Below are positions 54,101-63,720 of a DNA stretch of 64,000 bases, in pieces (positions within the stretch are counted from its first letter, which is position 1; every line of letters starts with the position of its first letter). The translations under genes and the position numbers were made by a program. This stretch comes from Isurus oxyrinchus (taxonomy: Eukaryota). Below the pieces are notes generated by a model that worked only from the letters and a program-made list of their open reading frames with translations, was not told the DNA's origin and made no database searches. The stretch lies in NCBI GenBank assembly GCA_026770705.1, contig JANJGN010000013.1, positions 100,936,001 to 101,000,000 of the forward strand. Reading direction: 5' to 3'.

Positions 54101-57100
54101 TCCTGCTTCAGAAACCAGCATTTCTGGTGAGCAGAGCTAATTTCATTTAATTAGGTGAAATTATTTCAGAGCGATTTGTGATTTAGCGCTCTGCAATATG
54201 ATCTCTGCTGCATAGGACCAACCCAAGCTGCAGGGACAGGATTTGCAATGGTTTCATAAATTAGGATTACTGGTGAGCACATGTTTTCTCATTGCCATGT
54301 GAAGTTTGCCCTGCCAACTGCAGGCAGTCAAGGGTCTTGATGTTTTTGCAAAATTGAAGTTGATGTTATGTTGAGTCCAATCACATGGAAATGTCGAAAT
54401 AAGTGCCAAATGGGTTTTCCACAGTATTATTGGTAATGTTCTTACTTCATAAATGTGCTTCTTTATGCTTTGTTCTGGCAGTGGTTTCTGATGGTAAAAT
54501 TGTCAAATGATAATAAATTGTTAACGGTTTGTGTAAGCTTAGGTTCAACTTTTATGCCACATTTTACAAAATGTGAGGACAAACACCTTGTTCCTTTACT
54601 TTCCTCACTGCTTATTGATGCATATTTGTTTTGTGATTCAAAGACGTGTTGGTTAAAGAGGTATGAGGATTGTGTTTGTTGCCAGTTATAGTTGATATCT
54701 GGCATTATCAAGTATTTCTTTTGGTCGAGGACGGAACAGTTAAGTAAGTTTCCAACCTGATTGTCGCCCAACCTCGGACGGCCCGCTTCTATCTCCTACC
54801 CAAAATCCACAAACAGAACTGCCCCGGTAGACCGATCATCTCAGCTTGCTCCTGCCCCACAGAACTCATTTCTCGTTATCTTGACTCCCTTCTCTCTCCC
54901 CTTGTCCAGTCCCTTCCCACCTACATCCGTGATTCCTCTGACACCTTTCGTCACATCAACAATTTCCAGTTCCCTGGCCCCAACCGCTTCCTCTTCACCA
55001 TGGACGTCCAATCCCTCTACACCTCCATCCCCCACCAGGATGGTCTGAGGGCCCTTAGCTTCTTCCTCGAACAGAGGCCCGAACAATCCCCATCCACCAC
55101 TACTCTCCTCCGTCTGGCTGAACTTGTTCTCACGTTGAACAATTTCTCCTTCAACTCCTCTCACTTCCTCCAAATAAAACGTGTGGCTATGGGTACCCAC
55201 ATGGGCCCCAGCTATGCCTGTCTCTTTATGGCGTATGTGGAACATTCCTTGTTGCAGTCCTACTCCGGCCCCCTTCCACAACTTTTTCTCCGGTACATCG
55301 ATGATTACTTTGGTGCCGCTTCATGCTCTCGTCGGGACTTGGAAAAATTTATTAATTTTGCTTCCAATCTCCACCCCTCTATCATTTTCACGTGGTCCAT
55401 CTCTGACACTTCCCTTCCCTTCTTTGACCTCTCTGTCTCAATCTCTGGTGATAGACTGTCCACCAATATCCATTACAAACCCACCGACTCCCACAGCTAC
55501 CTAGACTACAGCTCCTCACACCCCGCTTCCTGTAACGACTCCATCCCATTCTCCCAGTTCCTTCGCCTTCGTCGCATCTGTTCCGATGATGCTACCTTCA
55601 GAAACGGTTCCTCTGACATGTCCTCCTTCTTCGTTAACCGAGGTTTTCCACCCACGGTCGTTGACAGGGCCCTCCACTGTGTCTAGCCCATCTCCCGCGC
55701 ATCCGCCCTCACGCCTTCTCCTGCCTCCCTGAAACATGATAGGGTCCCCCTTGTCCTCACTTATCACCCCACCAGCCTCCGCATTCAAAGGATCATCCTC
55801 CGCCATTTCCGCCAACTCCAGCATGATGCCACCACCAAACACATCTTCCCTTCACCCCCCTTATCGGCATTCCGTAGGGATCGCTCCCTCTGGGACACCC
55901 TGGTCCACTCCTCCATCACCCCCTACTCCTCAACCCCCTCCTATGGCACCACCCCATGCCCATGCAAAAGATGTAACACCTGCCCCTTCACTTCCTCTCT
56001 CCTCACCGTCCAAGGGCCCAAACACTCCTTTCAAGTGAAGCAGCATTTCACTTGCTTTTCCCCCAACTTAGTCTACTGCATTCGTTGCTCCCAATGTGGT
56101 CTCCTCTACATTGGAGAGACCAAACGTAAACTGGGCGACCGCGTTGCAGAACACCTGCGGTCTGTCCGCAAGAATGACCCAAACCTCCCTGTCGCTTGCC
56201 ATTTTAACACTCCACCCTGCTCTCTTGCCCACATGTCTGTCCTTGGCTTGCTGCATTGTTCCAATGAAGCCCAACGCAAACTGGAGGAACAACACCTCAT
56301 CTTCCGACTAGGCACCTTACAGCCTTCCGGACTGAATATTGAATTCAACAACTTTAGGTCGTGAGCTCCCCCCCGCCCCCCTCCCCCATCCCCACCCCCT
56401 TTCTGTTCCCCCCCTTTTTTTCCCCAATAAATTATATAGATTTTTCTTTTCCCACCTATTTCCATTATTTTTAAATATTTTAAAATCTTTTATGCTCCCT
56501 CCACCCCCACTAGAGCTGTACCTTGAGTGCCCTACCATCCATTCTTAATTAGCACATTTGTTTAGATAATATCACCAACTTTAACTTTATCACCTATGTG
56601 TTCTTTTGTACCATTGTCGCTGACATCTTTTGATGATCTGCTTCTATCACTGCTTGTTTGTCCCTACAACCACACACCCCCCCCCTCTCTCTCTATCTCT
56701 CCGCCCCCCACACACGCACCTTAAACCAGCTTATATTTCAACTCTTTCTTGGACTCGAAATCAAGTTCTGTCGAAAGGTCATGAGGACTCGAAATGTCAA
56801 CTCTTTTCTTCTCCGACGATGCTGCCAGACCTGCTGAGTTTTTCCAGGTAATTCTGTTTTAGTTAAGTAAGCTTGTTGAATTGATTGGAGTCAGTCCGCT
56901 GTGTCATTGTTGGATGAGTGATTGTGTTATTGGCAGTATCTTTGAATTAGCAAGCGATACAGATAATGAAGATGGCCCAAAACATTTTGAGAAATGGAGG
57001 AACTGGGGCCTGACAATTCCATTTATTTTTTCAAAGCAAATATAGAAATTGAAAATTTGCGATTATTTGCGTTTTTGCATTTGTAGTTTGAAGAACTATC

Positions 57101-60100
57101 AGGTTGCTGTTATTAATTTTAGAGTCCTAAATGCATTTATTTGAATGAATGATGATAGCAGAAGACATCAGGTTATCTGATGAGTAGAGAAATGCTTGTC
57201 TGTCCTGAGGCCAAGAGGATGTGCTTAAAAGCATCTCCTTTGATGAACTGGAAAATGAAAGGATTCTTTTGGGGTGATTTTGGGCAATGATGAGGCTTCC
57301 ATGTGAAATATGTTTTTGAAAAGGCAGAGAACATTATTTTCTCAAAATGGAATACAGCAAGGTTTCCATTAGCAAATAATTGGTGAAGTAGTGATGAGAA
57401 GTGCCATGTGCTGAGTGGGATTTTTAAATTGCGCCCTTGAAGTTGTTAGAAATAACAATCAGTTTGAAATCTTTCAAATTAATTTTGCCTGTTAAGAAGT
57501 GCTCAATCTTGTGAATAGATGCAAATGAAGCATTTGCTGATACCTATTGTCATTGAAGATATTATTGCCTGAAAATTAAGTGCCTTTTATTGGCAAATTT
57601 GTCCAGGAATTGCTCTGGAAGTTATCCTCTACCTTATTGGAAGGGAATTGCTGCTAGGCTATGTTGTATATAATTACTGTTCTATTCCTTTTCTTTGTAG
57701 AATTAAGTGTAAGTTGCTCCTTGAACTGAACCAGATGTTGCGAATATCTCAACATTATCTCAGAAGCCGATGCAGCCAGTAGTGAATTAATAATCTGCCT
57801 TTTCCTCTGGCATTTAGGGCCAACGCCATTTGGAGGAGCAGGAAGACCAAGAACTTCAGAGACCACCTTCAGTGGTGAGTATTGTTCTTCTCCTCATCAG
57901 CATGTTAAGTTAAATTTCTGTGATTCGGATGTAAGTATTCTGTAATATTTCCTCTGCTACGTTAGATATAATCTTTCCTTGTAAACAACTGCTCATTCTT
58001 GTCAACAAAAGATTATGAAGCGTTTGTTGACACTCTGTCATTAATGATATTCTTGCCGGAAAAGCAAATGCCTTTTGCGAGCAACTTGCTCCAGCACGTG
58101 CTCTGGTGGTTAACTGCTAGATTTTGAGAATTGAATTGGTGATAGGAGATTTTGGGAATAATTATTTTTCTGTTTCTTACCTTTGTAGTATCATCTCTAG
58201 CTTACTCCTTCAACTGATGCAAATTTAGTTTACATTTTCTAGGAAAGCGATGCATCCAGTAGTGATTTTATATATTGTACCATTTTCTCCGATATTTAGG
58301 GCCAACACCATTTGGTGGATCTGGAAGACCAAGAACTTCAGAGACCACCATCAGTGGTGAGTATTATTCTTCTCCTTATCAGCGTGTTAAGTTCAATTTC
58401 TGCGATTTTTGTATTAGTATGCTGAAATATTTCCTCTGCTACATTAAGTATAATCTTTCCTTGTAAACAATCGCTCATTCTTGTCGACAAAAGACAATGA
58501 ATTGTTTGTTGACATTTGTTGACACCATATGCTTGCCTGAAAAGCAAATGCCTTTTGCAGGCAATTTGCTCCAGCAACTGCTCTGTAGATTAACTGCTGG
58601 ATTTTGAGAATTGAATTAGTGATAAGTGATTTTGGGTATAACTATTTTTCTGTTTCTTACCTTTCTAGTATCATCTCTAACATGTTCCTTCAACTGAAGT
58701 AAATTCAGTGTACATTATGTAGGAAAGCGATGCAGCCAGCAGTGAATTAATATGCTTTACCATTTTCTCTGGTATTTAGGGCCAACACCATTTGGAGGAA
58801 CAGGGAAACCAACAACCTCAGAGACTACCATCAGTGGTGGTGAGAATTGTTCTTCTCCTCATCAGCATGTTAAGTTAATGCTGTGAGATTCGTGTATTAA
58901 TATTCTGTAATATTTCCTCTGCTACATAGTGCGAACACTAACGACAGTGACAGGTGTACTTCCTGCTTCAGAGACCAGCATTTCTGGTGAGTAGAGCTAA
59001 TTTCATTTGATTAGGTTAAATTATTTCAGAACGATTTGTGATTTAGCGCTCTGCAATATGATTTCTGCTGCATGGGACCAACCCAAGCTACAGGGACAGG
59101 ATTTGCAATGGTTTCAGAAACCAGGATTACCGGTGAGCACATGTTTTCTCATTGCCATGTGAAGTTTGCCCTGCCAACTGCAGGCAGTCAAGAGTCTTGA
59201 CGTTTTTGCAAAATTGAAGTTGATGATATGTTGAGTCCAATCACATGGAAATATCTAAATGAGTGCCAAATGAGTTTTCCACAGTATTATTGGTAGTGTT
59301 CTTACTTCATAAATGTGCTTCTTTATGCTTTGTTCTGGCAGTGGTTTCTGATGGTAAAATTGTCAAATGATAATAAATTGTTAATGCTTTGTGTAAGCTT
59401 AAGTTAACTACTAGATTTTGAGAATTGAATTGCTGATAGGAGATTTTGGGTATAATTATTTTTCTGTTTCTTACCTTTCTAGTATCATCTCTAACATGTT
59501 CCTTCAACTGAAGTAAATTCAGTGTGCATTATGTAGGAAAGCGATGCAGCCAGCAGTGAATTAATATGCTTTACCATTTTCTCTGGTATTTAGGGCCAAC
59601 ACCATTTGGAGGAACAGGGAAACCAACAACCTCAGAGACTACCATCAGTGGTGGTGAGAATTGTTCTTCTCCTCATCAGCATCTTAAGTTGATGTTGTGC
59701 GATTCGTCTGTTAATGTTCTGTGATATTTTCTCTGCTACATAGTGCCAACATTTACTACAGTGACAGGTGTACTTCCTTCTTCAGAGACTAGCATTTCTG
59801 GTCTGTAGAACTAATTTCATTTGATTAGGTGAAATTATTTCAGAGCGATTTGTGATTTAGCTTTCTGCCATATGATCTCTGATACATAGGACCAACCCAA
59901 GCTACAGGGGCAGGCATTGCCATGGTTTCAGAAACCAAGATTACTGGTGAGGGCATATTTTCTCATTGCCATGTGAAGTTTGCACTGCTAACTGTGGGTA
60001 GTCAAGGGTCTTGATGTTTTTTGCAAAATTGAAGTTGATGACATGTTGAGTCCAATCACATGGAAATGTATAAATGAGTGCCATCTGAGTTGTTCCATAG

Positions 60101-63100
60101 AATTATTGGTAATGTTCTTACTTCATAAATGTGCTTCTTTATGTTTTGTTCTGGCAGTGGTTTCTGATGGTAAAATTGTCAAATGATAATAAATTGTTAA
60201 CGCTTTGTGTAAGCTTAGGTTCAACTTTTAAGCCACATTTTACAAAATGTGAGCAGAAATATCTTGTGCCTTTACTTACCTCACTGCTTATTGATGCATA
60301 TTTGTTTTTTGATTAAAAGACGTGTTGATTAAAGAGGTATGAGAATTGTGATTGTTGCCAGTTATAGTTGATATCTGGCATGGCCAAGTATTTCTTTCGG
60401 TCGAGGACGGAGCAGTTAAGTAAGCTTGTTGAATTGATTGGAGTCAGTCTGCTGTGTCATTGTCGGATGAGTGATTGTGTTGTTGGCAGTATCTTTGAAT
60501 TCGCAAGTGATACGGATTATGAAGATAGCCCAAAACTTTTTGAGAAATGGAGGAATTGGGGCCTGACAATTCCATTTGTTTTTTTGAAGAAAACATCGAA
60601 AGTGAAAATTTGTGATAATTTGCTTTTTTGCATTTGTACTTTGAAGAAATATCAGGTTGCTGTTATTAATTTTAGAAACCTAAATGCATTTATTTGAACG
60701 AATGATGATGGCAGAAGACATCAGGTTATCTGATGAGTCGAGAAATGCTTGTCTGTCCTGAGGCCAAGAGGATGTGCTTAAAAGCATCTCAATTGATGAA
60801 CTGGAAAATGAAAGGATTCTTTTGGGGTGATTTTGGGCAATGATGAGGCTTCCATGTGAAATATGTTTTTGGAAAGACAGAGAAAATTATTTTCTCAAAA
60901 TGGAATACAGCAAGGTTTCCATTAGCAAATAATTGGTGAAGTAGTGATGAGAAGTGCAATGTGCTGAGTGCGATTTTTAAATTGCGCCCCTGAAGTTGTT
61001 AGAAATATCAATCAGTTTGAAATCTTTCAAATTAATTTTGCCTGTTTAGAAGCGCTCAATCTTGTGAAGAAAAGCAAATGAAGCATTTGCTGACACCATG
61101 TTATTGAAGATATCATTGCCAGAAAATGAAGTGCCTTTTATTGGCAACTTTGTCCAGGAATTGCTCTGGAAGTTATCCTCTACCTTATTGGAAGGGAATT
61201 GCTGCTAGGCTATGTTGTATATAATTATTGTTCTATTCCTTATCTTTGTAGAAGTAATTGTATGTTGCTCCTTCAACTGAACTAGATGATGCGAATATCT
61301 CAACATTATCTCAGAAGCCGATGCAGCCAGTAGTGAATTAATAATCTGCCATTTCCTCTGGCATTTAGGGCCAATGCCATCTGGAGGAACAGGAAGACCA
61401 AGATCTTCAGAGACCACCATCAGTGGTGAGTATGGCTCTTCTCCTCATCAGCATGTTAAATTAAATTTCTGTGATTCGGGTATAAGTATTCTGTAATATT
61501 TCCTCTGCTAAGTTAAATATAATCTTTCCTTGTAAACAACTGCTCATTCTTGTCAACAAAAGATTATGAAGCATTTGTTGACACCCTGTCATTAATGATA
61601 TTCTTACCGGAAAGGCAAATGCGTTTTGCAGGCAACTTGCTGCAGCACCTGCTCTGGAGGTTAACCGCTAGATTTTGAGAATTGAATTGGTGATAGGAGA
61701 TTTTGTGAATAATTATTTTTCTGTTTCTTACCTTTGTAGTATCATCTCTAGCTTGCCCCTTCAACTGATGTAAATTCAGTGTACATTTTCTAGGAAAGGA
61801 ATGCAGCCAGTAGTGATTTAATATATTGTCCCATTTTCTCCGGTATTTAGGGCCAACACCATTTGGTGGAACTGGAAGACCAAGAACTTCAGAGACCACC
61901 ATCAGTGGTGAGTATTATTCTTCTCCTTATCAGCGTGTTAAGTTCAATTTCTGCGATTTTTGTATTAGTATGCTGAAATATTTCCTCTGCTACATTAAGT
62001 ATAATCTTTCCTTGTAAACAATCGCTCATTCTTGTCGACAAAAGACAATGAATTGTTTGTTGACATTTGTTGACACCATATGCTTGCCTGAAAAGCAAAT
62101 GCCTTTTGCAGGCAATTTGCTCCAGCAACTGCTCTGTAGATTAACTGCTGGATTTTGAGAATTGAATTAGTGATAAGTGATTTTGGGTATAACTATTTTT
62201 CTGTTTCTTACCTTTCTAGTATCATCTCTAACGTGTTCCTTCAACTGAAGTAAATTCAGTGTACATTATGTAGGAAAGCGATGCAGCCAGCAGTGAATTA
62301 ATATGCTTTACCATTTTCTCTGGTATTTAGGGCCAACACCATTTGGAGGAACAGGGAAACCAACAACCTCAGAGACTACCATCAGTGGTGGTGAGAATTG
62401 TTCTTCTCCTCATCAGCATGTTAAGTTAATGTTGTGAGATTCGTGTATTAATATTCTGTAATATTTCCTCTGCTACATAGTGCGAACACTAACGACAGTG
62501 ACAGGTGTACTTCCTGCTTCAGAAACCAGCATTTCTGGTGAGTAGAGCTAATTTGATTTGATTAGGTTAAATTATGTCAGAACGATTTGTGATTTAGCGC
62601 TCTGCAATATGATTTCTGCTGCATAGGACCAACCCAAGCTACAGGGACAGGATTTGCAATGGTTTCAGAAACCAGGATTACCGGTGAGCACATGTTTTCT
62701 CATTGCCATGTGAAGTTTGCCCTGCCAGCTGCAGGCAGTCAAGAGTCTTGATGTTTTTGCAAAATTGAAGTTGATGATATGTTGAGTCCAATCACATGGA
62801 AATATCTAAATGAGTGCCAAATGAGTTGTTCCACAGTATTATTGGTAATGTTCTTACTTCATAAATGTGCTTCTTTATGCTTTGTTCTGGCAGTGGTTTC
62901 TGATGGTAAAATTGTCAAATGATAATAAATTGTTAATGCTTTGTGTAAGCTTAGGTTAACTACTAGATTTTGAGAATTGAATTAGTGATAGGAGATTTTG
63001 GGTATAACTATTTTTCTGTTTCTTACCTTTCTAGTATCATCTCTAACATGTTCCTTCAACTGAAGGAAATTCAGACTACATTATATAGGAAAGCGATGCA

Positions 63101-63720
63101 GCCAGCAGTGAATTAATATGCTTACCATTTTCTCTGGTATTTAGGGCCAACACCATTTGGAGGAACAGGGAAACCAACAACCTCAGAGACTACCATCAGT
63201 GGTGGTGAGAATTGTTCTTCTCCTCATCAGCATCTTAAGTTAATGTTGTGCGATTCGTCTGTTAATATTCTGTGATATTTTCTCTGCTACATAGTGCCAA
63301 CATTTACTACAGTGACAGGTGTACTTCCTTCTTCAGAGACTAGCATTTCTGGTGTGTAGAACTAATTTCATCTGATTAGGTGAAACTATTTCAGAGCGAT
63401 TTGTGATTTAGCTATCTGCCATATGATCTCTGTTACATAGGACCAACTCCAGCTACAGGGACAGGCATTGCCATGGTTTCAGAAACCAAGATTACTGGTG
63501 AGGGCATTTTTTCTCATTGCCATGTGAAGTTTGCACTGCTAACTGTGGGTAGTCAAGGGTCTTGATGTTTTTTGCAAAATTGAAGTTGATGACATGTTGA
63601 GTCCAATCACATGGAAATGTATAAATGAGTGCCATATGAGTTGTTCCATAGAATTATTGGTAATGTTCTTACTTCATAAATGTGCTTCTTTATGTTTTGT
63701 TCTGGCAGTGGTTTCTGATG
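89..63720 (+). CDS. Internal part of a multi-exon mucin-like (Thr/Ser/Gly/Pro-rich) gene; array of ~125 exons of 57/60 nt plus ~29 candidate microexons; start and end outside window
   Basis: Repeated blocks are bounded by a pyrimidine tract + (t/c)ag acceptor and a G|gtgag donor. They are 57 or 60 nt long, phase 1 at both ends, and translate to xPTxxxxTGxxxxSETxI[S/T]. Many differences between A copies are synonymous third-position changes. Confidence 0.85.
1261..1317 (+). CDS. Type A exon, 57 nt (GPTPFGGTGRPTTPETTIS)
   Basis: ttttctctggtatttag|GA CCA ACA CCA TTT GGA GGA ACA GGA AGA CCA ACA ACT CCA GAG ACC ACC ATC AGT G|gtgagt. Confidence 0.85.
1405..1461 (+). CDS. Type B exon, 57 nt (APTPTTVTGVIAASETGIT)
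   Basis: tttcatctgctacatag|CG CCA ACA CCA ACT ACT GTG ACA GGT GTA ATT GCC GCT TCA GAG ACT GGC ATT ACG G|gtgagt; 87-nt intron after the A exon. Confidence 0.85.
1779..3316 (+). CDS. Exon cluster 1 (remainder): A A A60 B C D
   Basis: A 1779-1835, A 2260-2316, A60 2742-2801, B 2892-2948, C 3038-3094 (GPTVATGTGIAIVSETRIG), D 3305-3316. All have AG/GT and are open in frame. Confidence 0.8.
4513..8323 (+). CDS. Exon cluster 2: A A A A A A60 B C D A60 B C D
   Basis: A 4513-4569, 4995-5051, 5487-5543, 5972-6028, 6454-6510; A60 6934-6993; B 7084-7140; C 7229-7285; D 7496-7507; A60 7748-7807; B 7898-7954; C 8044-8100; D 8312-8323. Confidence 0.8.
9516..11053 (+). CDS. Y cassette: A A A60 B(donor lost) C*(TAA) D
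   Basis: A 9516-9572, 9998-10054; A60 10480-10539; B 10630-10686 followed by ttaagt instead of gtgagt; C 10776-10832 with TAA at 10817-10819; D 11042-11053. Confidence 0.7.
12254..14606 (+). CDS. X cassette: A A A60 B C D A60 B C D
   Basis: A 12254-12310, 12736-12792; A60 13216-13275; B 13366-13422; C 13512-13568; D 13779-13790; A60 14031-14090; B 14181-14237; C 14327-14383; D 14595-14606. Confidence 0.78.
15807..18160 (+). CDS. X cassette (copy of previous at +3553/3554)
   Basis: A 15807-15863, 16289-16345; A60 16769-16828; B 16919-16975; C 17065-17121; D 17333-17344; A60 17585-17644; B 17735-17791; C 17881-17937; D 18149-18160. Confidence 0.78.
19361..21703 (+). CDS. X cassette
   Basis: A 19361-19417, 19843-19899; A60 20313-20372; B 20463-20519; C 20609-20665; D 20876-20887; A60 21128-21187; B 21278-21334; C 21424-21480; D 21692-21703. 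Confidence 0.78.
22902..24449 (+). CDS. Y cassette: A A A60 B C*(TAA) D
   Basis: A 22902-22958, 23384-23440; A60 23876-23935; B 24026-24082; C* 24172-24228 (TAA 24213-24215); D 24438-24449. Confidence 0.72.
25650..27197 (+). CDS. Y cassette (X/Y hybrid 5' end): A A A60 B C*(TAA) D
   Basis: A 25650-25706, 26132-26188; A60 26624-26683; B 26774-26830; C* 26920-26976 (TAA 26961-26963); D 27186-27197. Confidence 0.72.
28398..30749 (+). CDS. X cassette
   Basis: A 28398-28454, 28880-28936; A60 29360-29419; B 29510-29566; C 29656-29712; D 29923-29934; A60 30174-30233; B 30324-30380; C 30470-30526; D 30738-30749. Confidence 0.78.
31948..33495 (+). CDS. Y cassette: A A A60 B C*(TAA) D
   Basis: A 31948-32004, 32430-32486; A60 32922-32981; B 33072-33128; C* 33218-33274 (TAA 33259-33261); D 33484-33495. 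Confidence 0.72.
34696..37048 (+). CDS. X cassette
   Basis: A 34696-34752, 35178-35234; A60 35658-35717; B 35808-35864; C 35954-36010; D 36221-36232; A60 36473-36532; B 36623-36679; C 36769-36825; D 37037-37048. Confidence 0.78.
38247..39784 (+). CDS. Y cassette: A A A60 B C*(TAA, 9-nt deletion) D
   Basis: A 38247-38303, 38728-38784; A60 39220-39279; B 39370-39426; C* 39516-39563 (48 nt, TAA 39557-39559); D 39773-39784. Confidence 0.72.
40981..43333 (+). CDS. X cassette
   Basis: A 40981-41037, 41463-41519; A60 41943-42002; B 42093-42149; C 42239-42295; D 42506-42517; A60 42758-42817; B 42908-42964; C 43054-43110; D 43322-43333. Confidence 0.78.
44531..46075 (+). CDS. Y cassette: A A A60 B(acceptor lost) C*(TAA) D
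   Basis: A 44531-44587, 45013-45069; A60 45502-45561; B 45652-45708 preceded by cattg rather than catag; C* 45798-45854 (TAA 45839-45841); D 46064-46075. Confidence 0.7.
46333..47946 (+). pseudogene. Penelope-like RT-GIY-YIG ORF, 5'-truncated, one in-frame TAG
   Basis: One reading frame runs from 46333 (SNLIVAQPRTARFYLLPKIHK) through the RT (YIDD), a TAG at 47266-47268, PLVLTYHP, PCPCKRCNTC and the GIY-YIG domain to TGA at 47946. The track ORFs 46582-47268 and 47617-47946 are in this same frame. Confidence 0.9.
48346..48384 (+). ncRNA. Degenerate minimal type I hammerhead ribozyme motif in the PLE 3' terminal region
   Basis: agtt-CTGTCGA-a-aggtc-atgag-gactc-GAAA-tg-TC-aact: stem I agtt/aact, CUGANGA-like core with A6>U, stem II ggtc/gact, GAAA, UC site. 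Minimal hammerheads are an established feature of PLE terminal repeats. Confidence 0.55.
49400..51751 (+). CDS. X cassette (first C acceptor lost)
   Basis: A 49400-49456, 49882-49938; A60 50362-50421; B 50512-50568; C 50658-50714 preceded by catgg; D 50924-50935; A60 51176-51235; B 51326-51382 (donor gtctgt); C 51472-51528; D 51740-51751. Confidence 0.75.
52949..54493 (+). CDS. Y cassette (copy of 44531-46075 at +8418)
   Basis: A 52949-53005, 53431-53487; A60 53920-53979; B 54070-54126 (acceptor lost); C* 54216-54272 (TAA 54257-54259); D 54482-54493. Confidence 0.7.
54751..56364 (+). pseudogene. Penelope-like RT-GIY-YIG ORF, copy 2
   Basis: The track translations match copy 1 except CSSEAQ>CSNEAQ; in-frame TAG at 55684-55686. 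Confidence 0.9.
56764..56802 (+). ncRNA. Degenerate hammerhead motif, copy 2
   Basis: Same sequence as 48346-48384. Confidence 0.55.
57818..60169 (+). CDS. X cassette (copy of 49400-51751 at +8418)
   Basis: A 57818-57874, 58300-58356; A60 58780-58839; B 58930-58986; C 59076-59132 (acceptor lost); D 59342-59353; A60 59594-59653; B 59744-59800; C 59890-59946; D 60158-60169. Confidence 0.75.
61369..63720 (+). CDS. X cassette with Y-type 5' end
   Basis: A 61369-61425, 61851-61907; A60 62331-62390; B 62481-62537; C 62627-62683; D 62894-62905; A60 63145-63204; B 63295-63351; C 63441-63497; D 63709-63720. Confidence 0.78.

Larger units (their letters stand above)
54749..56860 (+). mobile_element. 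Penelope-like retroelement, copy 2 (created by segmental tandem duplication)
   Basis: Same truncation point, same TSD (54738-54748 and 56861-56871) and same internal TAG as copy 1, at offset 8,418. Confidence 0.93.
43000..60220. repeat. Near-identical 8,418-bp tandem duplication including the PLE
   Basis: Constant offset of 8418 for ORFs 43295/51713, 44367/52785, 46582/55000, 49236/57654 and 50889/59307; private mutations are shared; boundaries approximate. Confidence 0.9.

Noticed and set aside
1097-62128. Recurrent minus-strand ORFs 'MVVSEVLGLPVPPNGVGPK...', 'MLEQIACKRH...', 'MKEHVRDD...'
   Set aside because: They are antisense shadows of A exons and introns, have variable lengths and stops between copies, and the splice signals point to the + strand.
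1261-63204. CRISPR-like or recombination-cassette interpretation of the regularly spaced conserved 57-mers
   Set aside because: The spacers are themselves repeated homologous introns rather than unique sequences. There are no cas genes or RSS heptamer/nonamer motifs, and the GT-AG boundaries explain the pattern.
89-63720. Assigning a gene symbol such as MUC19
   Set aside because: Only low-complexity repeat exons are visible; there is no diagnostic domain or synteny in the window.
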